This document shows, piece after piece, positions 14,011 to 27,499 of a stretch of 60,398 nt of DNA. Each line of letters starts with the position of its first letter. Within the stretch, counting starts at the first letter, position 1. The notes beneath the pieces were generated by a model that was not told the origin of the DNA, searched no databases, and saw nothing but the letters and a program-made list of their open reading frames with translations. Made by a program: the position numbers and the translations under genes. The DNA comes from Octopus bimaculoides (Eukaryota): positions 133,144,000 to 133,204,397 of the forward strand of contig NC_068984.1 of assembly GCF_001194135.2 (NCBI RefSeq), given 5' to 3'.

Positions 14011-14529
14011 AACTTATCTGCCTTCAAGACCATAAAACAGTTGCAGATAATCATTATCTTCCTCATATTGAGTCTCTCATTGAATAGGAAGAACTACTCA
14101 GTTACAATCTGTGCAGTTTATTTTAGAGCTAACTCAATTAGAGATTTGCTTATCTATGACACACCAGTAGTCTTTCACCTGTAAGAAATTTGGCAATATA
14201 TATATATATATATATATATAAAGGTTGAAATAGATGGTAGATGGTGGAGATTAATGATAATAGATATTTTCTGACAAAAATTGCAGTGGTTAAACTTCAC
14301 CTTTGTTAGTCTTTGTTTTTAATTAATGTCATAGAAATCTAATAAATTGCTATTTGGAAACAATCGTTAATTGCAGAGGAATTTTAATAGGCTTTATGTT
14401 CTGAACAGATGAATAATGACCTTATTTCAGAAAGGTAAAAATCCAGAATCTGTAAAATATTAGTTTCTATTTAATCTTTCTCTTATGTCCCAGCCTTTGG
14501 CCTGGCTCACAGACACACACACCCTTAAA

Positions 14530-14735
14530 TTTAGTTCTCTAGGAGATTCAGTGTGACACAGAATGGGAGAAGGCTAACCTTTTGAAATACAGATAGAACT
14601 CATATTTGCCAGCTGAGTGGACTGGAGCAACGAGAAATAAAGTGCATTGCTCAAGGACACAATTGAACTCATGATCGGGAATTGAACTCGTTACCTTACA
14701 ATCATGAACTGAATACCCTAACCACTAAGCCATGA
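14530..14735 (-). mobile_element. tRNA-derived SINE, family F
   Basis: A-box-like TGGCTTAGTGG and B-box-like GAGTTCAATTC, then CCTTGAGCAATGCAC. Confidence 0.7.
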
Positions 14736-14900
14736 ACCTTCTCTTATGCAATGTTTATTGTAAGAGAATATCTTAACTTGTTGTTTCCCCTAACATATAA
14801 AAAGCCTTTTATCATGTTTGGTCTAAGACTCTCCTAGTTAAGCTGCTTGTTATAGAGGTTCCATCCATATCTCATCTCATGTATTGGAAGCTTCTTGTCT

Positions 14901-15116
14901 ACTCTTTTATTCTTTTACTTGTTTCAGTCATTTGACTGTGGCCATGCTGGAGCACCACCTTTAGTTGAGCAAATCGACCCCAGGACTTATTCTTTGGAAG
15001 CCTAATACTTACTCTATCGGTCTCTTTTGCCGAACCGCTAAGTTATGGCGACATAAACGCACCAGCATCGGTTGTCAAGTAATGTTGGGGGGACAAACAC
15101 AGACACGCAAACATAT

Positions 15117-15149
<33 letters not shown>

Positions 15150-15314
15150 CATATATACGACGGGCTTCTTTCAGTTTCCGTCTACCAAATCCACTCACAA
15201 GGCTTTGCTCAGCCTGAGGTTATAGTAGAAGACACAAGCCCAAGGTGCCACACAGTGGGACTGAACCCGGAACCATGTGGTTAGTAAGCAAGCTACTTAC
15301 CACACAGCCACTCC
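14901..15314 (-). mobile_element. tRNA-derived SINE, family B, full length (head, microsatellite, tail 1)
   Basis: Head GGAGTGGCTGTGTGGTAAG...GGTTCAGTCCC, central TA/TG repeat, tail ending GACTGAAACAAGTAAAAGA. Confidence 0.9.
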
Positions 15315-16924
15315 TTACTTTCTTGTAATGTATGCTGACAGTGCAATCTCTGATCTTTATTGTGTATAATTTGGTATTCAATTATATCTCCCACACTCTT
15401 CCCTCTCATTGATATTACTTGTAATCACACATACTTCTCCGCACAGGATACTACTCTTGCTTCTTAAACTTTTGCGCTCAGCATCAAGCAAATTCATCAC
15501 AGACGCCTATTGTTAGATTTATCTGCTTCTATAAACAAAAAACATGAAAACCTCCTCCGTTATAGATACAACATTTTAGTTTTCTTCAAATGTACAATGA
15601 CACTATTTCTAGACATATCAGATCATTCTCCTACACATTCTTTACTCCAAACTACTCTCAAAAGAACCTAACTAAAGTTCTGGAAGTCACTGTAGCAGCT
15701 AAATGTTACAATCTCTGATGAACTCTCATGGTAACCTGATGTATTTTTGTTGTTGCTAGTTAGCCAATAGCTAATTGAACAGATTTATGATCTATGATAC
15801 CCCTGCCATGACCATCCTATCTGTGTTAATGGTATGCAGAACAAGATTATCTCATGTGTCCTTTATTCAATTAAGACAGTAGAGTGTGATTTAGGAGAGA
15901 TTTGGCTGCTGCTTCCAGCAGGTTCGGCGACCATACCAATACCTCTTCAATGACTCATTTTGATTTGACAACACATTTTACACACAACTTTCCTGACATG
16001 TTTTTTTAACTGATATAAATGTGCAGAAGTTGAAACTAAACACCAACTACATTGATATCAGCAGTCTGAGAGAGCCCTATAAAGGTCACTGGTACTCTGT
16101 CTAATCATTTACAAAAAAATTTGCCAGGCTAATAATGTTTCCCTAACATTCCTACATCAGCTTGATTACTGATGAGTCAGCTTGCATTGTGGTTTATAAC
16201 TATTTAATATCAAATATACATAGGAGATATCTGGTATATTAGTGTGGCTTGTAATGTTTGAAGCAACACTCCTTCAGTTTGGTCCTGATGGATTCTACTT
16301 GAAAGAATGTTATCAGTACAATGGATCATTTAACATGTCTTCTGAATGGGTTGGAGGGATTGGCTGGCACCTGTAAGCCCACATCAAGCGCCAGTGTCCA
16401 CTTTGGCATGGTTTTTATAGCTAAATGCCTTTCCTGACATCAACCACTTTATAGTGTGTACTGAGTGCTGTTCTCCTGACACTAGCACTTGTGCAATTGC
16501 CAAGTACACACACAGACACACACGTACACACATATATACACATATACAAGCATACACCTGCATGTGTTGTCATCATCAGCTGAATTTCATTGTGTCCAAA
16601 AATTTCAATTTCCTCTTGAGTGGAACTTCCATGTTGAGGCATTGATGATTGGGAAGATCAAACCTCAAGCTCAAAACAAATAGGAATAAACATTATAAAT
16701 AGGACATAGTGGCTGTTGTTGTTGCTGCATCTTGTGCTTTTTATGTTTTTCTTCAAGTTTTCCTTTTTTACTTCAAAAGGACCAGTTAGTTCCAATGACA
16801 ATAGAATGGTACTGATCCTAGGTTTTAGTTTCTCATACTTTTGTCCCCCATTCAGATTCTGGTCGTTTCGAGATTTAACTTTTGCTGGTCATTGTTGTGC
16901 CATACAGGACATCCTTTGTTTTGT

Positions 16925-17280
16925 ATTTTACTGTTTACTTGTTTCAGGCATTGGATTGTGGCCATGCTGGAGCACTGCCTTAAAAGGTTTAGTCAAACAA
17001 ATCAGCGCTGGTACTTTTTGTAAGTCTGGTACTTATTCTGTCAGCTCCTGTTGGTGAATGGCTAATTTATATGGGAGATAATGAAACCAACACTGGTTGT
17101 CAAGTGGTGGTGGTGGTGGAAAACACAAAAACACACACACACACACACACACGATGGGCTTCCACACAGTTTCTGTCTACCAAATTTGCTGACAAGGCAT
17201 TGGTCAGCGCAAAGCTATAGTCGAAGGCACTTGCCCAAGGAGCCATGCAGTGGGCCTGAACCCAAACCCATATGGGTGCA
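16925..17280 (-). mobile_element. SINE family B
   Basis: Same modules, more diverged. Confidence 0.8.
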
Positions 17281-17400
17281 ACAAAAGAGAAGCTTGATGA
17301 TTTGCCGCATGTCCTGACCATTATAGCCAGTTTTTCATAATAGTGGATTCTATGCTTCAACCATTGGCCTTTCCTACTACAACAGTGTTGTTGGTTATAA

Positions 17401-17615
17401 AGGCGGCGAGCTGGAAGAATCGTTAGCATGCCAGGTGAAATGTTTAGCAGTATTTCATCTGCCCTTACATTCTGAGTTCAAATTCCACCGAGGTCGACTT
17501 TGCCTTTCATCCTTTCAGGGTCGATAAATTAAATATCAGTTGTGTACTGGGGTCAATCTAATCGACTGGCCCCCTCCCCCAAAATTTCGGGCCCTGTGCC
17601 TAGAGTAGAAAAGAA
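17401..17615 (+). mobile_element. SINE family A with an alternative 3' tail
   Basis: Same head and central domain as other A copies; the tail reads GGCCCCCTCCCCCAAAATTTCGGGCCCTGTGCC. Confidence 0.9.
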
Positions 17616-18606
17616 AAGTATTGTTGGTTATGAAGTCCCCTCCTTTGATGTAGAAGGTGGCACAGTGGTTTTGTTGATGAAAACACTCTGACTTTTTGAC
17701 ATCTTAATGATAAAGTACCCATGTATTACAGANNNNNNNNNNNNNNNNNNNNNNNNNNNNNNNNNNNNNNNNNNNNNNNNNNNNNNNNNNNNNNNNNNNN
17801 NNNNNNNNNNNNNNNNNNNNNNNNNNNNNNNNNNNNNNNNNNNNNNNNNNNNNNNNNNNNNNNNNNNNNNNNNNNNNNNNNNNNNNNNNNNNNNNNNNNN
17901 NNNNNNNNNNNNNNNNNNNNNNNNNNNNNNNNNNNNNNNNNNNNNNNNNNNNNNNNNNNNNNNNNNNNNNNNNNNNNNNNNNNNNNNNNNNNNNNNNNNN
18001 NNNNNNNNNNNNNNNNNNNNNNNNNNNNNNNNNNNNNNNNNNNNNNNNNNNNNNNNNNNNNNNNNNNNNNNNNNNNNNNNNNNNNNNNNNNNNNNNNNNN
18101 NNNNNNNNNNNNNNNNNNNNNNNNNNNNNNNNNNNNNNNNNNNNNNNNNNNNNNNNNNNNNNNNNNNNNNNNNNNNNNNNNNNNNNNNNNNNNNNNNNNN
18201 NNNNNNNNNNNNNNNNNNNNNNNNNNNNNNNNNNNNNNNNNNNNNNNNNNNNNNNNNNNNNNNNNNNNNNNNNNNNNNNNNNNNNNNNNNNNNNNNNNNN
18301 NNNNNNNNNNNNNNNNNNNNNNNNNNNNNNNNNNNNNNNNNNNNNNNNNNNNNNNNNNNNNNNCTATGTGTGCCATAAATATCGCCATCCGTTTAGAGAA
18401 AAATTTGTAGTTTAGAATCAGTAGTTCTTTGACTGCTATTTCTAAATTTTCAGTATGTTGGAGAAGCAACTCAATGCTAATCCCTGTATATTTATGATGA
18501 TAACTGGTTTTACCGATAAAAGTTTTTTCATACTGAACTACTTGGCAAAATTGTTAATTATTAATTCTATTACTAATTGACGATTCCCTGCCCTTATTCT
18601 TGTATA

Positions 18607-18644
<38 letters not shown>

Positions 18645-18670
18645 GGGCGTGTATGATTGTGTATAGAAGA

Positions 18671-18987
18671 ATATATTACTCAAAGAAATTCCACTGATTT
18701 TCATGTTTTATTTACAATCTTATAATATAATATAATATAATATAATATAATGTAATGAAATGATAGAATATTAAATGTCCATTCTGATTGAACCAGTACT
18801 TTCCTGCATTAAACTATTCAATCATGTTTAGGCACTTTTGAGTCACTCTATAACATGCATAATTCAATGCGTGAAAGTACTGGTTCAATCAGAATGGATT
18901 TGATATTCTATCATTTCATTATATTATATTATTATAAGATTGTAAATAAAACATGAACATCAGATGAAGTTGGAATTTCTTTGAGTA

Positions 18988-18990
<3 letters not shown>
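18671..18990. repeat. Long inverted repeat (foldback element) in (TA)n
   Basis: Arms 18671-18812 and 18863-18990, e.g. CCATTCTGATTGAACCAGTACTTTC / GAAAGTACTGGTTCAATCAGAATGG, with a ~50-bp spacer. Confidence 0.92.
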
Positions 18991-19033
<43 letters not shown>

Positions 19034-19291
19034 TTTCATTTAATGTTTGTTTTTCCATGCTGAGCTTATATATATGTATGTAATTAAGTAATCAATATCT
19101 ATCTCATATGTTATTTACCTGGCTATATCTGTAGGTGAGTGGGAGTTTAGACACAGGGAGGTATTCTTACCTTTATCTTAGGCATTAGCAATCTAAATAA
19201 AATGGAATATTCATAATAGGAAATTGAAAAAAAAAGAATAGTGTATTTTTGCTCACTAGGGATTGCATTCTTCTCTGCAGTGCTTATCTAC

Positions 19292-19330
<39 letters not shown>

Positions 19331-19360
19331 CGTGTGTATATATACATATATACATACTAC

Positions 19361-19408
<48 letters not shown>

Positions 19409-19948
19409 TCTAAATGTTTGTGTGTGTGTACGCAAACTAAATATCTTATGCATATAAAGTCACAATAGATTTGCACAAGACATATTCTTTTTAGAAGGTT
19501 TGTTTTCAACAACTCACATGATTAAATATATTTAGAACTCATCTATAATTATCACATGACATCTTGTTTTGTTTAAATCCCTCTCTGTATTTGTTTTCTC
19601 TCGTGAATACCTTAAATTAAGCTTCAAAGAATTCAGGTGTGTTTGACTCTTATTCTTTTTTTTTTTCTTTCTTTTTTTTCTTTTTTGTTTGATAAAGATA
19701 ACTTGTTATAGAAATAATTCCTCACATGCACATATGCACAGTTGCATGCCTGTGTAACACATACACATACAAATATACACATTGAGAGAGAAATTACCTT
19801 GAGGCTTTCAGATAATTACAATGGAATGAATCACAATTAAATTTCTTGGGAGTTACACACAGTTTATCATAAGCAGAGCCTGTTAAGTGGGAAGTTTGGA
19901 ATGGATCAGTTCTTACTACACCTGTGGCTGTTGCTTCTGTGGAAATGC

Positions 19949-19979
<31 letters not shown>

Positions 19980-21870
19980 TTTTGAACTAAAAATTAAATT
20001 TCATGGTTATTCCAGAATAATGNNNNNNNNNNGTATTTTCGCAAGTCACGTTACCTCAATAAACTTGACATTTCTCAACAACAAAAATATAGCTTCAGAC
20101 ATGACTTTCCTTAGCAAAAGATAGAGTGATATGTAAAACCACTTTCTGCAATTAAAGGTAATGAAATTTTTGAGTGGATGTATCTGATTTCAACAGTAAA
20201 AGGATTAATAGTTTGTTGTAATATAAATAACTTCATGATATAAAAACATGCACAAACATCCTTTCACCATGAACGGATTACAACTCCCACACTTTTTCAT
20301 GTTATTGAAATGGCTTTTTAAGCAGGCATGATGTAGTTGATATTAGCATAGTCTTTGACTCTGTGTAGCTTGCAAATCACCTAGTGAAAATTCTTCTCAT
20401 GATTACAGCTAATACTAATCCTCTGTATCTAGCTTCCTTCGTTATTGTCAGTGATCCTCTTTTAATCTGCTATTTCATTAATTGTTATTCTTCCCACTAA
20501 AGATTCATAATCTCTGTGACTTACTCAGATTCAACTGTCACCTTCTCTCAACACCAATCATAGACAGCACTATGTAACTGATATAAGTCTCTAGTCTTCT
20601 GCCTTCTTTAAATCCAACCTCCTGTCCACTTCTAATATTAGCTGTTTTGAAGTTGGTTATAGCAGGAATGATAAAATGCCAGTTTTGGTGTTGGTGCCAC
20701 ATAAAAAGCACTGGTGGTGGTGGTGGTGCCACGTAAAGAGCACTGGTGATAGTGCCACGTAAAAAGCACTGGTGATGGTGCTATGTAAAAAGCACCCAGT
20801 AATTCTGTAAAGTGGTTGGCATTAGGAAGAGCATCCAACTGTAAAAATGAAACCAAAACAGACTGTGGAACCTAGTGCAGCCCTGGCCTTGCCAGCTCTG
20901 TCAAACCGCCCAACCCATGTCAATGTGGAAAATGGATGTTAAATGGTGGTGGTGGTGGTAGTAGTGATTGTCGTCACCACCACCATCTCAGATCAAGTTC
21001 TACTTGGGTCAGCTTTTACTTTGCATCTTTCCAATGTTGATGATATGAGTAACAGCCATATACTATGGTGAGTTCAGTTAGATGTTCCTATTACCCATCA
21101 TCTTCTTACATTTAGTAGGCATCTAACAATGCTGAATGATATCAAAATAAATGTTTATTCCTATTAAAGATAACACCAGCCACCACTTCCAGTAAATTGT
21201 ATAAGATTTTTAGGTAATGGAACTAGGAATAGGATTTACTTCACAGTAATAGCTGATAGCCTTACAACCTATCTGTTTGGAGCGGGGGGTGCTTTTGATG
21301 AGTAATTTAAATAACAAGTGATTTTATCCACCTCCACTCCACATTAAATACCACTTTAGATACCACTCCACTTTATATACCACTTTCAGATATTTCCCCC
21401 ATAGTGTTAATGTTTTTAAAAACAGATATTATATTCTTCATTTTTTTGTAAATGTTGACTAACAAACCTCAAATATATTTCACAACAGATTATCTGACCC
21501 TGTAGCATAGACCACATTTAGATAAACATATCTAGACTTGGCCTTCCCAGAAATTCAAAAACTTAAGTCCTAAAACAATTGTTGCTTATCCAGAAGATCT
21601 AAATATATCTCATTGTGAAATACTGTTTTTCTGTTTTGTACATGCTTACCCTCCATCTATCATTGCTATCCTAGACTTTCAAGGAGATGGCAATTAATTC
21701 AAAAGAAATCCTTGTCACATTAATGATTATATGCCCCCCCCCTCTCTCTCTCATCTATTTATGTTTATTTCACTCTGTCTTTTTCCTAAATAACCCAATC
21801 TATTATTGCTCATACTTCTTTGCTTTTTCCCACAGAATTCATATCTCTCCAAAAACTCTAACCTTCACTA

Positions 21871-22306
21871 CAGGTCGTCATCGACTTATGACTGATTGAC
21901 TTTGCAACGATTGGCACGCCAGCTCCTGGCAACAATAATAAATAGTCCAGTTGAAATCTAATGAGTTTTATTTCTTAGAAATTAACCCGCCTATGGATGA
22001 TGTCAGCTTCTCCTAGGTTTGGTTATCGATTGCCACTGATTATCCTCAGTGTTGGATGACTATCCTGTCGTGGAGACATCCAGGCAACCTCGTATTTGTT
22101 TATAAGACAACTGCTTGAGACTCCGAAATTTTTGACTAACACCAGTATAATACAGAATGCTGTGTGTGGACTATTACCTGAGAATGTATCTTAAGAATGT
22201 AAAAATATAAAATAAAGATATGTAAACCTATAGGCCGACTTACAACCAAATCGACTTACGATCAGTCAGTCGGAACCATTTGTGGTTATAAGTCAATGAC
22301 AACCTG
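21871..22306. mobile_element. Tigger/pogo-like MITE (436 bp) in the PKI intron
   Basis: 22-bp TIRs CAGGTCGTCATCGACTTATGAC / GTTATAAGTCAATGACAACCTG (3 mismatches) with a TA duplication on both sides. Confidence 0.85.
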
Positions 22307-23384
22307 TACTTGAGAAACACTCTTCTCCACCATCTCTTTTGTAGATTAGTGCCTAACACTTCAAACACATTCGCTCATCTCTTTCTACCCTTCTGACTTG
22401 AAAGGTTTTTCATGAGCTTTATTAGTTTCTTTATGTCTGTGGCAATCTTAATTCTCAGAAGATTATGGGGTTGCACCACTATAACTATGGTTACAAAGGG
22501 CCATACAGAAGAGAAACATTCTCTGTTGTACTTCACAGAAATAAATGCTACAACTAGTCAGTTTCAATATAACTAAGCATTTTTCCAAGAACCTACTTAT
22601 CTCAGTTTGCTGTGATAGGACTCCATGAAATAATAAGGCTTTGTTGTTCAGTTACTTAGAAACAGGATCTCCAAGTAATTCTATCTAAAATAAACATTTT
22701 CTAGTGCAACAGTAAGACGTTAAGCCACAGTTGATGGAATGAACATGAGTCAAAATCAGTTTTTCATCATTTGGTAGAGTTTCTACAGCTGGATGCCCTT
22801 CCTAACGCCAACCACTCAGAGAGAGTAGTGGGTGCTTTTACGTGTCACCCACACGAAAGCCAGTCAGGCGGTACTGGCAAAGGCCACGATCAAAATGGTG
22901 CATTTTATGTGCCACCTGCACAAGAGCCAGTCCAGGGGCACTGCTTCCTAACCACATGGTCTTGGTTTCAGTGCTACTATGTGGCACCTTGGACGAGTGT
23001 CTTTCATTATAACCCCAGGCTGACCAAAGCCTTGAGAGTAGATTTTGTCAACAGAAACTGAAAAGAAACCCATCTCGTGTCTGTGTGTTTGTGTACCCCT
23101 GTCCTGACATCATGTGATGGCTGTGAGCATGCATTACCATCTTACAAGTGATACTATTCATTTCCAGCCTTCCATGTAAAATATATCTGGCCATGGGGAA
23201 ATATTACCCTACTTGGAAACGGGTGAGGGTTGGCAACAGAAAGAGCATCCAGACAATTCCATGTAACCCCCTGCAAGCATGTAAAAGTGGACGTTAAATT
23301 AAAATGACGAGGGTAGATACATAACGAACAAAAGCATGCGTCTCTGTACACACATTTATAATCAATGTTTCCATTATCTTTCAG

Positions 23385-23488
23385 ACGACGACCAACAACC
23401 AAGAATGGACTCTACGAACAATGCATCAACAAGTGGAAGCAACGCAGATTCAGCATCAATATCATCAGCATCATCATCATCAACATAA
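23385..23488 (+). CDS. PKI: Probable terminal coding exon of the PKI gene
   Basis: Acceptor tttccattatctttcag ends at 23384. A phase-1 join gives DDDQQPRMDSTNNASTSGSNADSASISSASSSST then TAA (23486-23488), 85 aa in total. This is an acidic, Ser-rich tail like vertebrate PKI C-termini, and it lies outside recognisable repeats. There is no transcript evidence. Confidence 0.65.
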
Positions 23489-23577
23489 TCATAGCTTTAT
23501 ACAACTACCATTGCAACAATGATTTTTCACATGAGACAGTTCAAAAAACTTTTCAAAGTAAAACATCGTTGGAAAGA

Positions 23578-23647
23578 GGGTTCCACTGCTAAAAATGGTG
23601 GCATTTGGGTTCCACTGCTAAAAATGGTGGCATTTGGGTTCCACTGC
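23578..23647 (+). repeat. 29-bp tandem repeat, 2.4 copies, in the presumptive PKI 3' UTR
   Basis: Unit GGGTTCCACTGCTAAAAATGGTGGCATTT. Confidence 0.95.
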
Positions 23648-23699
23648 CCTTTGTAATTATTGTAAGCCTTACCTACTGTAACTAGTTGAGTTTCCAAGC

Positions 23700-23990
23700 A
23701 CTTGTATATGTCTGTAAAAATGTGTGTATATATATAATATGTATATATATATAAACACACACGTGTGCATATATATTTATATGTATTTATGATATGCATA
23801 TATCTGTGTGCATATGTATTTTCATAATATGCATGTGTGTGTGTGTGTGTGTGTGTATAAATTTTATATACATTTACACACACATGCATGCATGTATATA
23901 TAGATTTATATGCTTGCATATATGTAGTCTATATTCACATACATACAAATCTCTGTGTTATATGCATATATAAATAAATACATGTGTATA

Positions 23991-24079
<89 letters not shown>

Positions 24080-24970
24080 NNNNNNNNNNNNNNNNNNNNN
24101 NNNNNNNNNNNNNNNNNNNNNNNNNNNNNNNNNNNNNNNNNNNNNNNNNNNNNNNNNNNNNNNNNNNNNNNNNNNNNNNNNNNNNNNNNNNNNNNNNNNN
24201 NNNNNNNNNNNNNNNNNNNNNNNNNNNNNNNNNNNNNNNNNNNNNNNNNNNNNNNNNNNNNNNNNNNNNNNNNNNNNNNNNNNNNNNNNNNNNNNNNNNN
24301 NNNNNNNNNNNNNNNNNNNNNNNNNNNNNNNNNNNNNNNNNNNNNNNNNNNNNNNNNNNNNNNNNNNNNNNNNNNNNNNNNNNNNNNNNNNNNNNNNNNN
24401 NNNNNNNNNNNNNNNNNNNNNNNNNNNNNNNNNNNNNNNNNNNNNNNNNNNNNNNNNNNNNNNNNNNNNNNNNNNNNNNNNNNNNNNNNNNNNNNNNNNN
24501 NNNNNNNNNNNNNNNNNNNNNNNNNNNNNNNNNNNNNNNNNNNNNNNNNNNNNNNNNNNNNNNNNNNNNNNNNNNNNNNNNNNNNNNNNNNNNNNNNNNN
24601 NNNNNNNNNNNNNNNNNNNNNNNNNNNNNNNNNNNNNNNNNNNNNNNNNNNNNNNNNNNNNNNNNNNNNNNNNNNNNNNNNNNNNNNNNNNNNNNNNNNN
24701 NNNNNNNNNNNNNNNNNNNNNNNNNNNNNNNNNNNNNNNNNNNNNNNNNNNNNNNNNNNNNNNNNNNNNNNNNNNNNNNNNNNNNNNNNNNNNNNNNNNN
24801 NNNNNNNNNNNNNNNNNNNNNNNNNNNNNNNNNNNNNNNNNNNNNNNNNNNNNNNNNNNNNNNNNNNNNNNNNATATATATATATATAAATAAATATATA
24901 TATATATATAAATAAATATATATATATATATAAATAAATATATATATATATATAAATAAATATATATATG

Positions 24971-25010
<40 letters not shown>

Positions 25011-25250
25011 GTATGTATAAATGTATATATATAAATATAGACATATACAAATTTATGGATATACGTACACAAATATGTGTAGTTGTATGGATCAGTGTAT
25101 ACACACTCGTATCTTTATGGTGGTGTGTGTGTGCATATATGTATGCACACATATATGTACATACATGTGTATACATATAGTGTGTTACCATGTCGACAGT
25201 TATTTTATTATATTTCATCATTTCCTCATCCATTTGTTTATTCACACATT
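23700..25250 (+). repeat. Large compound TA/CA/TAAA microsatellite zone containing a gap (24080-24873)
   Basis: Read directly from the sequence. Confidence 0.95.
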
Positions 25251-25411
25251 CATTGTTTGTTGATGTTGTTATTAATTTATCAGTATATTGTTTGCTGTGT
25301 CCTTCATTGCTTCACTGGTCTACTACTTTCATTGTATGTCTGTGTTTGTGTGTGTGAGAGTGCATGTGGTTGTATCTCAATACATATATATACACATGCA
25401 CACACACACAC

Positions 25412-25450
<39 letters not shown>

Positions 25451-25467
25451 CATATATACATACACAT

Positions 25468-25700
25468 AAGGCGGTGAGCTGGCAGAAACGTCAGCACGCC
25501 GGGCGAAATGCTTAGCAGTATTTCGTCTGCCGCTACGTTCTGAGTTCAAATTCCGCCGAGGTCGACTTTGCCCTTCATCCTTTCGGGGTCGATTAAATAA
25601 GTGCCAGTTACGTACTGGAGTCGATATAATCGGCTTAATCCCTTTGTCTGTCCTTGTTTGTCCCTTCTGTGTGTAACCCCTTGTGGGTAGTAAAGAAATA
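25468..25700 (+). mobile_element. SINE family A, full length
   Basis: Near-identical to the copies at 32652 and 33101. Confidence 0.92.
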
Positions 25701-26250
25701 ATACACATATATGCATGCACAGTCACTGTCTATATTCTGTGTGCATATATATAATGTTTATATATGTATCTTCTTTTGTGTGTGTGTGTGTACAAAATGC
25801 TGACTGCATTTCTTCTGGCCTTACATTCTGAGTTCAAATTCCACTGAGGTAGATTTTGCCTTTTGTCATCTCAAGGTCAATAAAACAAGTACCAATCAAG
25901 TACTGGGGGGGGGGTCAATGAAATCAACTAACCCCCCCAGTGTTTCTGGTCTTGTGCCAGTAGTCATACGGATGTATTTATGTGTATGTGTTTATGTATT
26001 TAAATGTATGTACATACATGTGTGTGTGCTTGCAAATACGTGTGTGTGTGCTTGCAAATACGTGTGTGTGTGTGTATGTAATCAAAGATCACATTTTCCT
26101 TCGAAGCATCATGTAAATTCCCTTGAAAATTCATTCTTTATGTCTTGGAATTTTCTCTTATTTTGTCTTTGGAAGTTGCTAGCAATTGCCACTCACTTTC
26201 TTTTCTTTTTTCTCTCTCTACAACTCTGAGAGGAATTTCAATAATTTCAA

Positions 26251-26432
26251 AGTATGGCATTGTATACAACACCACCATCTCTCCCTAAATTATCCAAGTT
26301 CATGTCATTGGGTCTTTTGAGTTATTTCCCTTGGTTATTTTTTTTTTTTTCAGAGTATGGCATTGTATACAACACCCACACTCTCTAAATTATCTGATTT
26401 CATGTCAATGGGTCTTTTGAGTTATTTCCCTT

Positions 26433-26463
<31 letters not shown>
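26251..26463 (+). repeat. ~103-bp tandem duplication, each unit ending in poly(T)
   Basis: AGTATGGCATTGTATACAACACC at 26251 and 26354. Confidence 0.9.
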
Positions 26464-27069
26464 GTAACTTTAATTTTTTTGATTCCAAGAATTATTCTTG
26501 GCGAAAAATCTAAGTTCAAAGCCTGCACCATAGTGAATAGATGGAGACCATGTCTAGTGATATGCATGCAGGTGTAATATATCATGAATTTCATAAATTT
26601 GTTGCTGATGCTTAATAACACGTCCTCCCTCTTATCTTCTGTCTTGTCGGTTATGAGATCAAAATGAAAATACTGGAATTGAAATAGTATGTTGACAGAT
26701 TAACGAGAAATATCCATTTTCATGCAAAACGGTAATGGCAGTGCATCAATGAAAAATGGATACTGTTTTTATTGGTAGCCTTTTTTATTGCAGAGCTACA
26801 AAATTAATTGCGGTAGCATCTTTCTTGATTCACCCACACAGTGATAGACTTGTGAAGTTGCTCACTGTAGTGGCTAATGTACAATGAATACCTACACACA
26901 CACTCTTTCATTTCAAACATTTTCATTTGTGTTTTGTGCCTCAATTGCAGACAGCAGTTCTCCTTTGTTACATAATTTTTCTTTGTCCTTATTTTTCCTT
27001 AGTGTGTGTACACATGTGTGTATGTGTACACATGTATGTATGTGTACACATATATATATATGTATATGT

Positions 27070-27124
<55 letters not shown>

Positions 27125-27226
27125 CATGTTTATATACATATATATGTATGTGTATGTATTTAATTTGTATATATCTATATGTGTGTGTGTGTGTATGCAT
27201 GTGTGTGCAATTATGTCTATATATAC

Positions 27227-27267
<41 letters not shown>

Positions 27268-27270
<3 letters not shown>

Positions 27271-27456
27271 GTGGCAAGCTGGCAGAATCATTAGCAAGCC
27301 AGGCCGAAATGCTTAACGACATTTCATCCATCTTTATCTTCTGAGTTCAAATTCCGCCAAGGTCGACAAAATAAGAATTAGTTGAGCAGTGGGGTTGATG
27401 TAATCGACTTACCCACTTCTCCGAAATTGCTGGCCTTGTGCCAAAATTTGAAGCCA

Positions 27457-27457
<1 letters not shown>
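27268..27457 (+). mobile_element. SINE family A with an internal deletion
   Basis: The head is intact; the segment between the two GGTCGA words is missing. Confidence 0.85.

Positions 27458-27499
<42 letters not shown>

Noticed and set aside
14679-14735. SINE heads (families A, B, F) as tRNA genes
   Set aside because: Only A/B-box-like words are present, with no complete cloverleaf, and they continue into SINE bodies.
26711-26762. Short hairpin TATCCATTTTCAT...ATGAAAAATGGATA as a pre-miRNA
   Set aside because: The stem is too short and bulged, with no flanking lower stem.
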